From contig CAJLXA010000004.1 in assembly GCA_905210485.1 (NCBI GenBank), positions 5,054-69,053 of the forward strand: 64,000 nt of DNA, given 5' to 3'. The notes beneath the pieces are model-generated. The model saw nothing but the letters and a program-made list of their open reading frames with translations, did not search any database and was not told the DNA's origin. Positions 52,837 to 62,525 of the stretch are shown piece by piece. Numbering within the stretch: the stretch's first letter is position 1; each line of letters begins with the position of its first letter. The translations under genes were made by a program, and so were the position numbers. This DNA is from an uncultured Eubacteriales bacterium. Its GTDB lineage: Bacteria > Bacillota > Clostridia > Oscillospirales > CAG-272.

Positions 52837-54510
52837 TTATTCAACGACAAAAATGAATTGATAAATATCCTGCTTCCCGTCGATCTCATAAATCTCCACC
52901 GCAGGGAACCGCGCTTTCAGGTCGGCGCGGACGTCATCCATGTCTTCGCGCGTAGCTTCCTTGCCGCAGATGACAATGATCACTTCTTTATCGGTCATAT
53001 CCAGTTTTCCGAACATGGCCTTGGCGGCCGAAGCCGCGTCCTTTTCACAGGACAGCAGTTCTTTTCCCGTGATACCGATAAAATCGCCCGCATGAATGTC
53101 CATACCGCCAAGGTGGGTATCGCGTACCGCATAGGTCACGGAAGCGGTCGTAACGCCGTTCATCGCGTCGCGGAGATTCTGCATGATCTCGTCCGTGTCC
53201 TTGGAATCAAAGTCCATCATGGAGAGCGCGGCGTATCCGTCGCCGATTGTATGGCTTTCCAGAACGCGCACGTCGCTGTCCCGGTAAAGTCCGGCCGCCG
53301 CACGCGCCGCCAGAATGATGTTGCCGTTATTCGGCATGACGATGACGGTATCCGCGTTGGCCTCGCGGAACGCTTCAACGAAATCCTCCGCGGAGGGATT
53401 CATCGTCTGGCCGCCGGGAACGATGACATCCGCGCCGAGCTGACGGAAAGTTTCGGCGATGCCGTCGCCCGACGCGACCGCCACGATGCCGATTTTCTTA
53501 CGCGGTTTGTTTTCCGTCGCTTTTTTCGGAGCGGGCGTATAGCGGTTCTCCACCGTCGCTTCGCTGTGCTGAAGAGACATGTTTTCCACCTTGACGGTGA
53601 GGAACTCGCCGTATTGCTGGCAGAATTCAAAAACCTTGCCGGGAGTCATCGTATGTACATGTAACTTTACAATACTGCCTGTTTTTACGGCGACAATGGA
53701 ATTGCCGATTGTCTTCAGATAGTCGGAGATCGTGGCGACGTCAAAGGCCTCCGTATCGACCTTGCTGTTCTGAAGTTGCAAAAGGCACTCGGTGCAATAG
53801 CCGAATTCCATCACGCTGTCGGCCGTGAATCCCGACGTATCCACCGTTTTCGCGTTGCCGGGAAGCGCGCTGGCCGTTCCCTCGATCGGCTCGCCGTGCA
53901 GAATCTTGTTCATACCTTCCATGACATAGACAAGCCCGGCGCCGCCGCTGTCGATAACGCCGGCTTCTTTCAGAACGGGAAGAAGATCCGGCGTACGTTC
54001 CAGCGACGCATGCATTTCGTCGATAAAATCGGAAAGAAAAGTTTCGGGAGTGCTGTCGCGTTCGATACGCGACACCGCATATGCCGTCGATTCGCGCGCC
54101 ACCGTCAGAATCGTTCCCTCGGTCGGCGTCATAACGGCGTTATACGCCTGCTTCACGCCGGATTCAAAGGCGCGGCCGAGCGCCGCGGCGTCCGCGGCCG
54201 CAACGCCCTCCAGTCCTTTGGCGATACCGCCGAAGAACTGCGACAGGATCACGCCGGAATTGCCGCGCGCGGAAAGAAGCATACCGTCGGCGACGATCTT
54301 CGCCATTTCGCCGATCTCCACCGTTGCGGCATTGGCGGCAGAAGCCGCGCCGCCCTCCACGGTCATGCGCATATTGTCGCCCGTATCGCCGTCCGGAATC
54401 GGAAACACGTTGAGGTCGTTCACGATTTCCGCGTTATAGCCGAGATTGCGTGCGCCGCCGACCACCATTTCTTTATAAAGATTGCCGTCAAGCATGAGAG
54501 TTGCCATCAT
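52837..54510 (-). CDS. fakA: DAK2-domain protein of the YloV/FakA (fatty acid kinase subunit A) family
   Basis: N-terminal DhaL/DAK2 'NVFPIPDGDTGDNM', about 555 aa, adjacent to a DegV gene. Confidence 0.8.
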   Translation of the reverse strand: MMATLMLDGNLYKEMVVGGARNLGYNAEIVNDLNVFPIPDGDTGDNMRMTVEGGAASAANAATVEIGEMAKIVADGMLLSARGNSGVILSQFFGGIAKGLEGVAAADAAALGRAFESGVKQAYNAVMTPTEGTILTVARESTAYAVSRIERDSTPETFLSDFIDEMHASLERTPDLLPVLKEAGVIDSGGAGLVYVMEGMNKILHGEPIEGTASALPGNAKTVDTSGFTADSVMEFGYCTECLLQLQNSKVDTEAFDVATISDYLKTIGNSIVAVKTGSIVKLHVHTMTPGKVFEFCQQYGEFLTVKVENMSLQHSEATVENRYTPAPKKATENKPRKKIGIVAVASGDGIAETFRQLGADVIVPGGQTMNPSAEDFVEAFREANADTVIVMPNNGNIILAARAAAGLYRDSDVRVLESHTIGDGYAALSMMDFDSKDTDEIMQNLRDAMNGVTTASVTYAVRDTHLGGMDIHAGDFIGITGKELLSCEKDAASAAKAMFGKLDMTDKEVIIVICGKEATREDMDDVRADLKARFPAVEIYEIDGKQDIYQFIFVVE

Positions 54511-54548
54511 CCATCACCTGTAAAAGAAAATTTCGTTTGCCTGTTTTA

Positions 54549-55442
54549 TCAGGACTCGCCGGCGAAAGTAACTTCTTCGCCGAACGCATAAAGACCGATG
54601 GTCGAAGGGCCGACAGAGGAACCGATGATCGGGCCGATGTAGTTCACATAGATATCCCGGCAGGGAATCTCCTCTTTCACTTTGTCTTTCAGATATTCAA
54701 CTTCTTCGGGATCGCAGTCCGCATGAACAAGATAAATCGTCTGATTCTGTGCGTCGCGGATAGCCTCTTTCATACGGCGTACCACTTCGTCTATCGAATT
54801 CTTTCTGCCTTTCGCTTTGGCAATCGGCGTCTGGTAGCCGTTTTTATCGCAGACAAGAATGGGTTTCACGCCGAAGAGATTGCCGAAGAACGCCTTTGTG
54901 GCTTTCACGCGGCCGGCGCGGGCAAGGCAGTTCAGGTCGTTCACCGTCACAAACTGATTCACCGTTTTGCGGATCGGCATAACGGCGTCATAGATCTCTT
55001 TTGCGGATTTTCCGGCGTCGCGCTCTTCCGCGGCGCGAATGGCCAGCATGCCCTCGCCCATGCAGGAATTGAGGGCGTCGATGCAATAGATCTCACGATC
55101 GGGGAATTCTTCTTTCAGCTGTTTTGCCACTACGGCGCCCGTATTGATTGAACCGCTCTGTTTTTCGCAGCAGCCTATGTAGACAATGTCGTATCCCTCC
55201 GTGAGATACAGGCGGAATATACGCATAAATTCCGCGGCGGGAACCTGTACCGTCATAACGCGTTCGCCGCGGCGCATGATGTCGTAAAGTTCTTTCGGTT
55301 CGTAATACTCCCATGTAAGGGACGCTTCGGTTTCCTTACCGTTATAAACCGTTTTCATTCTCGCATAATCAATATCGTATTTTGCGAGCAGTTCACCTGA
55401 AAGATCAGAGCAGGAATCCGTGATGATTTTTACCTTGTTCAT
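54549..55442 (-). CDS. DegV-family fatty-acid-binding protein (FakB-like)
   Basis: 'MNKVKIITDSCSDLS' N-terminus, 297 aa, DegV length and architecture. Confidence 0.85.
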   Translation of the reverse strand: MNKVKIITDSCSDLSGELLAKYDIDYARMKTVYNGKETEASLTWEYYEPKELYDIMRRGERVMTVQVPAAEFMRIFRLYLTEGYDIVYIGCCEKQSGSINTGAVVAKQLKEEFPDREIYCIDALNSCMGEGMLAIRAAEERDAGKSAKEIYDAVMPIRKTVNQFVTVNDLNCLARAGRVKATKAFFGNLFGVKPILVCDKNGYQTPIAKAKGRKNSIDEVVRRMKEAIRDAQNQTIYLVHADCDPEEVEYLKDKVKEEIPCRDIYVNYIGPIIGSSVGPSTIGLYAFGEEVTFAGES

Positions 55443-55515
55443 GATGATTCTCCTTTAAAATACAGTAAAATGTAAATAAAAGTTTTCTTTATATCGGATA
55501 TTTCCGAAAACGTCG

Positions 55516-56115
55516 TCAATCCGCTTTCGGAAAATCGCCGTCAAGTATTTTGGCCGCTTCGGCCTTATGCTTCCGTGTTTTCACGCGCACCGTATACATG
55601 GTATCCCACATATTTTCCGCGCCGTCGGCCGCGAGAGCAATGCCGGCAATCAGTTTGATATGCGCGCTGTCGGCGGCAAAGAAGACCGTGATGATGCCGA
55701 GCACGCCGACAACCGACGCCGTGATGAGCAGAATGAGCCACTTATGCATGCCGAAAGTACGGGCGTCGATGGCCGTCTGCAATTTCATCATACCGTCGAG
55801 AATAACATAGATGCCCACGACATACGGAAGAGTGCTTTCAAAATTCACCGGGGAAATGAAGATCAGAATACCGAGAATGAAGCAGAAAGTACCCGCCGCA
55901 AAACCGTTCTGGAACGCCAGTCTGTACAGGTCGTTTGAAAAATAACCGAACACACGCGCAAATCCCATCAGGATACAGGCGCCGGAAAAAAACCAGCGCA
56001 TCCATTCAAGCGGCGCCGAGGGAATGATAATGAAAAACATTCCGGACAAAAAGAGAAGTATCGACGTCACCGCAGCGATGACCTTTGCCTGTTTTACCGT
56101 ACTGACTCTGTTCAT
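55516..56115 (-). CDS. DUF308/HdeD-like membrane protein
   Basis: ATG 56115 behind AAAGGAG. About 6 TM segments with a repeated Gly-rich helix pattern. Confidence 0.5.
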   Translation of the reverse strand: MNRVSTVKQAKVIAAVTSILLFLSGMFFIIIPSAPLEWMRWFFSGACILMGFARVFGYFSNDLYRLAFQNGFAAGTFCFILGILIFISPVNFESTLPYVVGIYVILDGMMKLQTAIDARTFGMHKWLILLITASVVGVLGIITVFFAADSAHIKLIAGIALAADGAENMWDTMYTVRVKTRKHKAEAAKILDGDFPKAD

Positions 56116-56258
56116 AATACTCCTTTTACGCGAAAAAAGCCGCTTGCACGGTTTTTCGTATTCCGACGAAACGGCGACATTCCGGCAATGAAATTTCCGG
56201 GCGCCGTTCCGGGCATTTTTATATATTGTAGCACATGCCGCCCGCGCTGTCATGAGTT

Positions 56259-56295
56259 AAAAAGAAAGCAGATGCCCGATTTTTGGGCATCTGCT
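56259..56295 (-). terminator. terminator after the TetR gene
   Basis: AGCAGATGCCC / GGGCATCTGCT 11-bp stem, followed on the minus strand by TTCTTTTT. Confidence 0.75.
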
Positions 56296-56305
56296 CTTTA
56301 TTTGT

Positions 56306-56884
56306 TCAAAATTCAGACGTTTTTCGCGTTTTGTCTATATTTTCCCAGCCGGACAGCATGGAAGGAAAAAGATTTCCGAAAAGCCGCGTGAATTTTCCGC
56401 ATATCGCCTCCGGGTCTTCCTTGCAACCGCTTTTCAGCCAATCGGTATAAATGCCCATTAGGGCATGCCGGCAACAGTCGGTCAGAAAATCAACGTCTCC
56501 GGGCGGGCAATCGTCTCCGCCAAGACTGAGGAAATACTGTCTGATCGAGCGGGCGAGAACCGAAAAAAGGCAGGTGGTCATGCCGTCACGGCCGACCGAG
56601 GCATAGATATTCTGCACCGCTTTCTGATGCTTCAGCGTGAAATCCGCAAGGCGACGGAAACTATCCGTGGGGGAAAGCACCGCGTCCTCGCTCCGCGCGG
56701 AGATATGCTCGGATTCGCACAGTTCTTCGATCACGCCGTATATATCCTGAAAATAATAGTAAAAAGTATTGCGGTTCACACCGCAATCGTCCACAATGTC
56801 GCGCACCGTAATCTTGTCAAAGGATTTCCGGGCGGCAATATTCAGAAACGAATCCACAATGGCCCTTTTCGTAAAAGGCGGCAT
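56306..56884 (-). CDS. TetR-family transcriptional regulator
   Basis: 'FDKITVRDIVDDCGVNRNTFYYYFQDIY' HTH. ATG 56884 behind AAAGAGGG. Confidence 0.8.
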   Translation of the reverse strand: MPPFTKRAIVDSFLNIAARKSFDKITVRDIVDDCGVNRNTFYYYFQDIYGVIEELCESEHISARSEDAVLSPTDSFRRLADFTLKHQKAVQNIYASVGRDGMTTCLFSVLARSIRQYFLSLGGDDCPPGDVDFLTDCCRHALMGIYTDWLKSGCKEDPEAICGKFTRLFGNLFPSMLSGWENIDKTRKTSEF

Positions 56885-57020
56885 ACAGCACCCTCTTTCC
56901 TGTTGTTTTTGCACGGATAATGTCGGATTCCGCGTTCAGCGTTCGGAAGACAGCTTTTTACCTTTAGTCATTATTTTACCACATTTCAGAAAATATTGCA
57001 ACCGTTTTTGCGAAATTCCG

Positions 57021-57740
57021 TTACAGCCCCGAAAACAGACCGTCTTCACCGCCGGAAAGATCGGGCGGCATAAAGAGATTCCACGGATAGACGGAAAAGT
57101 CGGGAAGAGCGGTAAAAGCAAGGCGGCGCCCGTCCCGCGGGTGAAGAAAAGAAAGGCAGGCGGCGTACAGCGCGCCGTGCGGCGCTTTGTCGCGCGCGCC
57201 GTATTTACCGTCGCCGCAAAGAGGGCATTGCCGCGACGCAAACTGTACGCGTATCTGATGCGTACGCCCGGTATATAGCCTTACCGCCGTCAGGGAAATG
57301 CCGTTTTCCGTTGCCATCACCCGATAAAGAAGCCGCGCTTCTTTCACGCCCCTCCGCCGGCTGTCCGCAACAAAAGAACGGTTTCTCCGCGCGTCGTGAT
57401 ACAGATAATCGCGCATTTCCCCGAAAGACGGCGAGAGGATCCCCTGCGCGGCGGCAAGGTAGATTTTCGTCGTTCCGCCGTCGGCGATCCCCCACGACAG
57501 CGCCGCCGCGGCCGCCGTATTTCTTGCATAGACCGTAAGTCCGCCCGTCGTGCGGTCGAGGCGATGCACGACAAAAACGCGCGGGTCTTCGCCGCGCTCA
57601 CGGAAAAAGTCGGCAAGATATGCCGTCATGTCGCGGTCGCCGGAAGGATCCGGCTGTGCGGGAACGCCGTACGGTTTTATACAGACGGCAATATCCCGGT
57701 CGAGATACACCGGGGAAAAAGCACTGTGGTTTTCGTTCAT
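57021..57740 (-). CDS. RluA-family pseudouridine synthase
   Basis: Catalytic 'HRLDRTTGGLTVYARN' and 'GRTHQIRVQFA'. ATG 57740 behind GGAGA. Confidence 0.8.
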   Translation of the reverse strand: MNENHSAFSPVYLDRDIAVCIKPYGVPAQPDPSGDRDMTAYLADFFRERGEDPRVFVVHRLDRTTGGLTVYARNTAAAAALSWGIADGGTTKIYLAAAQGILSPSFGEMRDYLYHDARRNRSFVADSRRRGVKEARLLYRVMATENGISLTAVRLYTGRTHQIRVQFASRQCPLCGDGKYGARDKAPHGALYAACLSFLHPRDGRRLAFTALPDFSVYPWNLFMPPDLSGGEDGLFSGL

Positions 57741-57863
57741 ACAGAATCTCCGTTCGGTTTTCCGGCCGTATCGCGGGCGGCGGAAGAATGTGCCGCGGCG
57801 ACAGTCCGGTCGGCCCGGTTTATTTTTCACAAAAGAACAGGCGCGGACGATGTCCGCCCGGAC

Positions 57864-59039
57864 TCACACGCGGTCGATATGGGTCACCGCGTAATAATGC
57901 GGATCGCCGTCGTGAATTTCTTTTTCGACCCGCTCGCGTATCGCGCCGTCCGACAGCCGGCATTCAAAGGGCACCGCAATATCGAAAATCAGGTTGGAAT
58001 GTGTGGCGCCGCGCACGATACGGAAATCATGGATATCGAAACTCGAATCGACCTTCTTCACGGCAATCAGCGCCATTTCCCGATAGACCTGCGTATCCAT
58101 ATCGGTGGCGACGGGATCCACATGGATTGTGCAGAGAATACCGTATTCTTCGGAAAGCCGCCGCTCGATATTGTCAATTTCGTCATGCACCGTAAACATA
58201 TCCCGCCGTCCGTCCACTTCGGCGTGAACCGACGCGACCGTATTGCCGGGGCCGTAATGGTGTACGGCGATGTCGTGAACGCCGAGAACTTCCGGCGAAG
58301 AGGAAACGACCGCCGTGATCTCGGCGATCTCTTCGGGCGTCGGCGCGCCTCCGAGGATCAGGTTTTTCGTTTCATTCAATATTTTCAGACCGGCAATCAG
58401 TATCAGCACCGAAACCAGAATACCCATTGCGCCGTCAATATATTTCGTAAAGGCATAGTGCGGAAAGAGGAGGGACACCACAACGCCGCAAAGCACGGCA
58501 AAAGTGGAAGCGGCGTCCGACAGGCTGTCGGTGGCGGTGGCGCGCATCACTTCGGAATCCACCTTTTTGCCGATCTTCCTGTTAAAATAAGCAAGCCAGA
58601 GTTTAAACAGGATTGCAACGCCGAGCAAAACCGCGGTAAGAACGCCGACGCCGGTTTCTTCTTTCGGGTGGATCAGGTTTTCCACAGAAGTGGTAAACAG
58701 TTCAAATCCGATAACAAGAACCAGCATACTGACGATCATGGACGTCACATATTCCATGCGCGCATGACCGTGCGGATGATGACGGTCGGCGGGTTTTGAG
58801 GAGATTCGGAAACTGACAAAAGTGATGACCGAAGAGCCGGCATCCGACAGGTTATTGACCGCATCGGCCACAATGGAGACCGATGAAGAAAGAAGACCTA
58901 CCGTAAGTTTCAATACCGAAAGCAAGAGATTCACCGCCACCCCGACAGCCGAGGTCAGCGTACCGTAAGCGGTGCGCACTTTTTTGTCCTTTACGTTTTC
59001 GCTGTCGCGTATAAACCATTTCACAAGAAGACTTGTCAT
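57864..59039 (-). CDS. cation diffusion facilitator (CDF) family metal efflux transporter
   Basis: 6-TM domain with 'ADAVNNLSDAG' and 'TDSLSDAAST' metal-site helices, plus a C-terminal cytoplasmic domain. Confidence 0.85.
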   Translation of the reverse strand: MTSLLVKWFIRDSENVKDKKVRTAYGTLTSAVGVAVNLLLSVLKLTVGLLSSSVSIVADAVNNLSDAGSSVITFVSFRISSKPADRHHPHGHARMEYVTSMIVSMLVLVIGFELFTTSVENLIHPKEETGVGVLTAVLLGVAILFKLWLAYFNRKIGKKVDSEVMRATATDSLSDAASTFAVLCGVVVSLLFPHYAFTKYIDGAMGILVSVLILIAGLKILNETKNLILGGAPTPEEIAEITAVVSSSPEVLGVHDIAVHHYGPGNTVASVHAEVDGRRDMFTVHDEIDNIERRLSEEYGILCTIHVDPVATDMDTQVYREMALIAVKKVDSSFDIHDFRIVRGATHSNLIFDIAVPFECRLSDGAIRERVEKEIHDGDPHYYAVTHIDRV

Positions 59040-59210
59040 AACGACCTCTCCGTTAAGAATCCGGAAAGCCGGAACATAAAAACGCTCCCGGCAATCCGCA
59101 TATACGTAAATAATACTTTACATTTCTATTGTATTTATTTAAAAGCAAACGACTTTGCAACTGCATGCACCGGGCGTGTTCCGCACATGCTTATACCGCG
59201 GCGCGACAGA

Positions 59211-59966
59211 TCATTTCCGAAGAAAAGAGATTCCGTGCAGAACCGAAAGCGCTTCCGCAACGCCGTCTTCTTCGCCCGTCGTACGGTAAGTAGCGTAGGC
59301 GTCAAGAGCGGCCGGCGCATGACCGATAACGGCCGATTTTCCGGCATACGCCAGCATTGCCGCGTCGTTCAGGCTGTCGCCTATCGCCGTCATTTCTTCA
59401 CGCGGTATACCGAATTTTTCGGAAAGAACGCGCATCGGCGACGATTTGTCGTGCCCGTTCAATACGCCCTCCACATAGGTCGGGAAAGGAATCCGCGTCA
59501 ACGTCGGCGTTTTGAAGTCTTCGGGCAATTCGGGAACGAGAAACGAAATTTTAGCAATCTTTCCGGCGGCGGGAGAAGCGAGAAAATCCTCTATCCCATC
59601 GTCGGACAGATAGGTTCCCGGACCTTTCAGAGCGGCAATATAAAAATATGCGTGCTCGGTACCTTCCATCACAAACGGTATTTTTCTGCTGACGGCGTCG
59701 CGGACAATGGCGGTCACGGCCTCTTTTTCCATAGCCAGAGAATAGATTTCCCGTCCTTCGTAAAAAAGATATACCGAGCCGCAGATAAGACCGTCGAAAG
59801 GAAAAGCGTCAAGGCAGGACTGCGGCACAAAGCCGCGGCCGCGCCCCGTATTCAAAAACAGTTTATGTCCGGCCTCCCGCGCCGCGTACAATGCGCGCAG
59901 GTTTTCGTTCGAGATTTTTCCGTGAAAGGCCAATGTACCGTCAAAATCAAGAAAAATGTACGCCAT
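59211..59966 (-). CDS. Cof-type HAD-IIB family hydrolase
   Basis: 'IFLDFDGTLAF' motif I, 'GDSLNDAAML' motif IV. Confidence 0.8.
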   Translation of the reverse strand: MAYIFLDFDGTLAFHGKISNENLRALYAAREAGHKLFLNTGRGRGFVPQSCLDAFPFDGLICGSVYLFYEGREIYSLAMEKEAVTAIVRDAVSRKIPFVMEGTEHAYFYIAALKGPGTYLSDDGIEDFLASPAAGKIAKISFLVPELPEDFKTPTLTRIPFPTYVEGVLNGHDKSSPMRVLSEKFGIPREEMTAIGDSLNDAAMLAYAGKSAVIGHAPAALDAYATYRTTGEEDGVAEALSVLHGISFLRK

Positions 59967-60018
59967 AGTTTACCTTTTAAAATATATTTGCAATCATGAA
60001 GAGTCGCACTTGCAGGAA

Positions 60019-60047
60019 ACGGCAAGCGGGCAATGCCCGCCTGCCGT
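60019..60047 (-). terminator. hairpin after serS (weak U-tract)
   Basis: ACGGCAAGCGGGC / GCCCGCCTGCCGT stem with one mismatch. Confidence 0.5.
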
Positions 60048-60111
60048 TATCCTCGGCGGAACCGTGGTTCTGCCGACCGTGCGGTATACAGGGCGCTTCC
60101 TGACGGAGCGC

Positions 60112-61398
60112 TTATTTTTTCGGGATCAGTTTTTCGGTACCGCCCATGTAGGGACGGAGAACAACAGGGATCTTCACGCTGCCGTCGGCTTCCAGGTTGT
60201 TCTCAAGGAAAGCGATCAGCATACGCGGAGGAGCAACGACGGTATTGTTCAGGGTATGGGCAAGGTATTTACCGTCTTTACCGTTTATGCGGATCCGCAG
60301 ACGGCGCGCCTGCGCGTCGCCGAGGTTCGAGCAGGAACCGACTTCAAAATATTTTTTCTGACGGGGGGACCATGCCTCCACGTCGCAGGATTTCACTTTA
60401 AGATCGGCAAGGTCGCCGGAGCAGCACTCCAGTGTGCGGACGGGAATGTCAAGGCTACGGAAAAGATCGACCGTGTTTTTCCAGAGTTTATCGTACCACA
60501 TCTTGGAATCTTCGGGTTTGCAGACCACGATCATTTCCTGTTTTTCAAACTGATGGATACGGTAAACGCCGCGTTCTTCGATACCGTGCGCGCCTTTTTC
60601 CTTGCGGAAACAGGGCGAGTAACTGGTAAGCGTATAGGGCAATTCTTCTTCGGGGAGGATCTGGTCAATAAATTTACCGATCATCGAATGTTCGCTTGTA
60701 CCGATAAGATAGAGGTCTTCGCCCTCGATCTTATACATCATGGCGTCCATTTCGGCAAAACTCATAACGCCGGTCACCACGTCGCTGCGGATCATGAAAG
60801 GCGGCACGCAATAAGTGAAGCCGCGGTTGATCATAAAGTCGCGGGCATAGGAAATAACGGCGCTGTGAAGGCGTGCGATATCGCCCATCAGATAATAAAA
60901 TCCGTTTCCGGCAACGCGGCGCGCGGAATCCAGGTCAATGCCGTTGAAACGTTCCATGATCTCGGTGTGATAGGGGATTTCAAAATCCGGCACCACCGGC
61001 TCGCCGAAGCGTTCGATCTCTTTATTTTCGCTGTCGTCCTTGCCGATCGGAACACTGGGGTCGATGATGTTCGGAATCGTCATCATGATCGTTTTGATCT
61101 TTTCTTCGAGTTCCGCTTCTTTCGCTTCGTCGGCGGCAAGGCGCGCGGCCTGATCGGCCACCGCTTTTTTCACTTCTTCCGCTTCCTCGCGTTTCCCCTG
61201 CGCCATCAATGCGCCGATGGATTTCGACAGTTTATTGCGGTTGGCGCGGAGATCGTCCGCTTCTTTTTTCACGGCGCGGTTTTCCGCGTCCAGTTTCAGC
61301 ACCTCATCGACAAGCGGCAGTTTTTTGTGCTGAAATTTGTTTTCGATGTTCTTCTTTACAACATCGGGGTTTTCGCGTACAAACTTGATATCAAGCAT
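60112..61398 (-). CDS. serS: seryl-tRNA synthetase
   Basis: 'MLDIKFVRENPD' N-terminus and coiled-coil arm. Class II motifs 'CFRKEKGAHG' and 'GSCSNLGDAQARRL'. The tracked ORF extends spuriously to 61497. Confidence 0.95.
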   Translation of the reverse strand: MLDIKFVRENPDVVKKNIENKFQHKKLPLVDEVLKLDAENRAVKKEADDLRANRNKLSKSIGALMAQGKREEAEEVKKAVADQAARLAADEAKEAELEEKIKTIMMTIPNIIDPSVPIGKDDSENKEIERFGEPVVPDFEIPYHTEIMERFNGIDLDSARRVAGNGFYYLMGDIARLHSAVISYARDFMINRGFTYCVPPFMIRSDVVTGVMSFAEMDAMMYKIEGEDLYLIGTSEHSMIGKFIDQILPEEELPYTLTSYSPCFRKEKGAHGIEERGVYRIHQFEKQEMIVVCKPEDSKMWYDKLWKNTVDLFRSLDIPVRTLECCSGDLADLKVKSCDVEAWSPRQKKYFEVGSCSNLGDAQARRLRIRINGKDGKYLAHTLNNTVVAPPRMLIAFLENNLEADGSVKIPVVLRPYMGGTEKLIPKK

Positions 61399-61735
61399 TT
61401 TGTAAACCTTTCTTTGCATTTCTTTATTTATTATGTAATAGAACCAACAAAAGAAGTTGCCGTATCGGCATGATAATGCAGATCCGGGCACAGGCAACGT
61501 CCGTCTGCGGACTGAACGCAGGCGCCCAGTATAAAAGAAACGGACGATGCCTGCCGTTATGTCGCGGTTCTTCCGGACGGCAATCGGAAGCGTATGAAAA
61601 GCACCCGCGTGAATTTATCGCGAATCCACCGGAGAACAGACCTGAGCTTCGGGGAAGATGGTGCAGAGATCGCAACGGCGCCGAACGCAACGTTTTTCGA
61701 TGAACGCAAAAACTTGCCGCACAGAGACTATATAA

Positions 61736-61965
61736 AAACAAAAAAGCCCCACGTCCCGTAATCATGGGACGAAGAGACTCCGTGGTGCCACCCAAATTGC
61801 CGCCGTTCGGCGACCGCTCGCAGGTTCTGTACGGGGAACCGCCCCGCGGCTTTCGCCGCGCGCTCGGGAATGGAAAGAAAAAGTACGGACAGCGACTTGC
61901 ACCCACCGTCGCCTCTCTGAGTCCGAAAATTTTTCCCGTTTCTTTCATCGCGCCTGTTCTGTTTT
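61736..61965 (-). promoter_or_regulatory. T-box riboswitch leader, specifier UCC (Ser)
   Basis: On the minus strand: K-turn 'GCGCGAUGA..CGAGCGCGC', 'AGAGAG', distal 'GGUGGGUGCAAG'. Specifier 'UCC-A' (61872-61874) lies just 5' of the lower helix UUCCC/GGGAA. T-box 'AAUUUGGGUGGCACCACGG' (61780-61798). Terminator CGUCCC..GGGACG followed by a U6 tract. Confidence 0.85.
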
Positions 61966-61971
61966 ATCTGT

Positions 61972-62000
61972 ATTATATCCCACCTCGGCGGAAATTGCAA
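61972..62000 (-). promoter_or_regulatory. promoter of the serS T-box leader
   Basis: Minus strand reads TTGCAA (61995-62000) - 17 nt - TATAAT (61972-61977). Confidence 0.7.
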
Positions 62001-62483
62001 GAGTTTTGTGAAATTTTTCTCCGATGGAAATAAAAATTTCCCGTACTTTACCTTAAAGCGCAGAAAGGCGTTATTGTATTTCCGATCGGAGTCCGGGCGA
62101 TACAACGGTCGGTAAACGTAATCTCCACGCGGTTTTCCTGCTCCCGCAGGAAGAAAACGCTTTGAAGATAGAAAACCAAAAAGAGCAGAGCGGATTGTCA
62201 GGAGATGCGCAACAGTTTCCCGGATTCAGGGTTCTGTAAATCCTGTGCGGAACGAAAACTCAAGACCTTGCGGGGGGATTCGGCGTTGATTAACGAAAGA
62301 TGCCGCAAAAATGTTTTCAAGGAGATGTAGAATGGATTTCTGCCCTTAGGATAAAACACCTGCGAAGCAGACCTCCACTGTTTTCATGAGTTTTTGGCCG
62401 CGCGCAATAAGATTCCGCAAAACGGACGTCAAATTCCATGCCTTTTCAATCGTTTGCCAATCGGCAAATCCGGAAGCGCGGAC

Positions 62484-62508
62484 GAAAAAAGGGGCGCAAA
62501 ACGCGCCC
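62484..62508 (-). terminator. rho-independent terminator after fba
   Basis: GGGGCGC / GCGCCCC stem with a 4-nt loop, followed on the minus strand by TTTTTT. Confidence 0.85.
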
Positions 62509-62525
62509 CTTTCGGAATCAGCGGA

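Noticed and set aside
61399-61735. A second, tandem T-box between the first T-box terminator and serS
   Set aside because: Only a weak 'CCGGUGGAUUCGCG' box is present. I could not find a Stem I with K-turn, AGAGA and specifier architecture, or a convincing terminator/antiterminator pair. The region is kept as unexplained spacer in the findings.
61424-62105. ORFs 61424..61948 (-, 174 aa), 61728..62105 (-, 125 aa) and 61764..62033 (+, 89 aa)
   Set aside because: They overlap the T-box leader and its promoter and have no RBS. The region is better explained as structured RNA.
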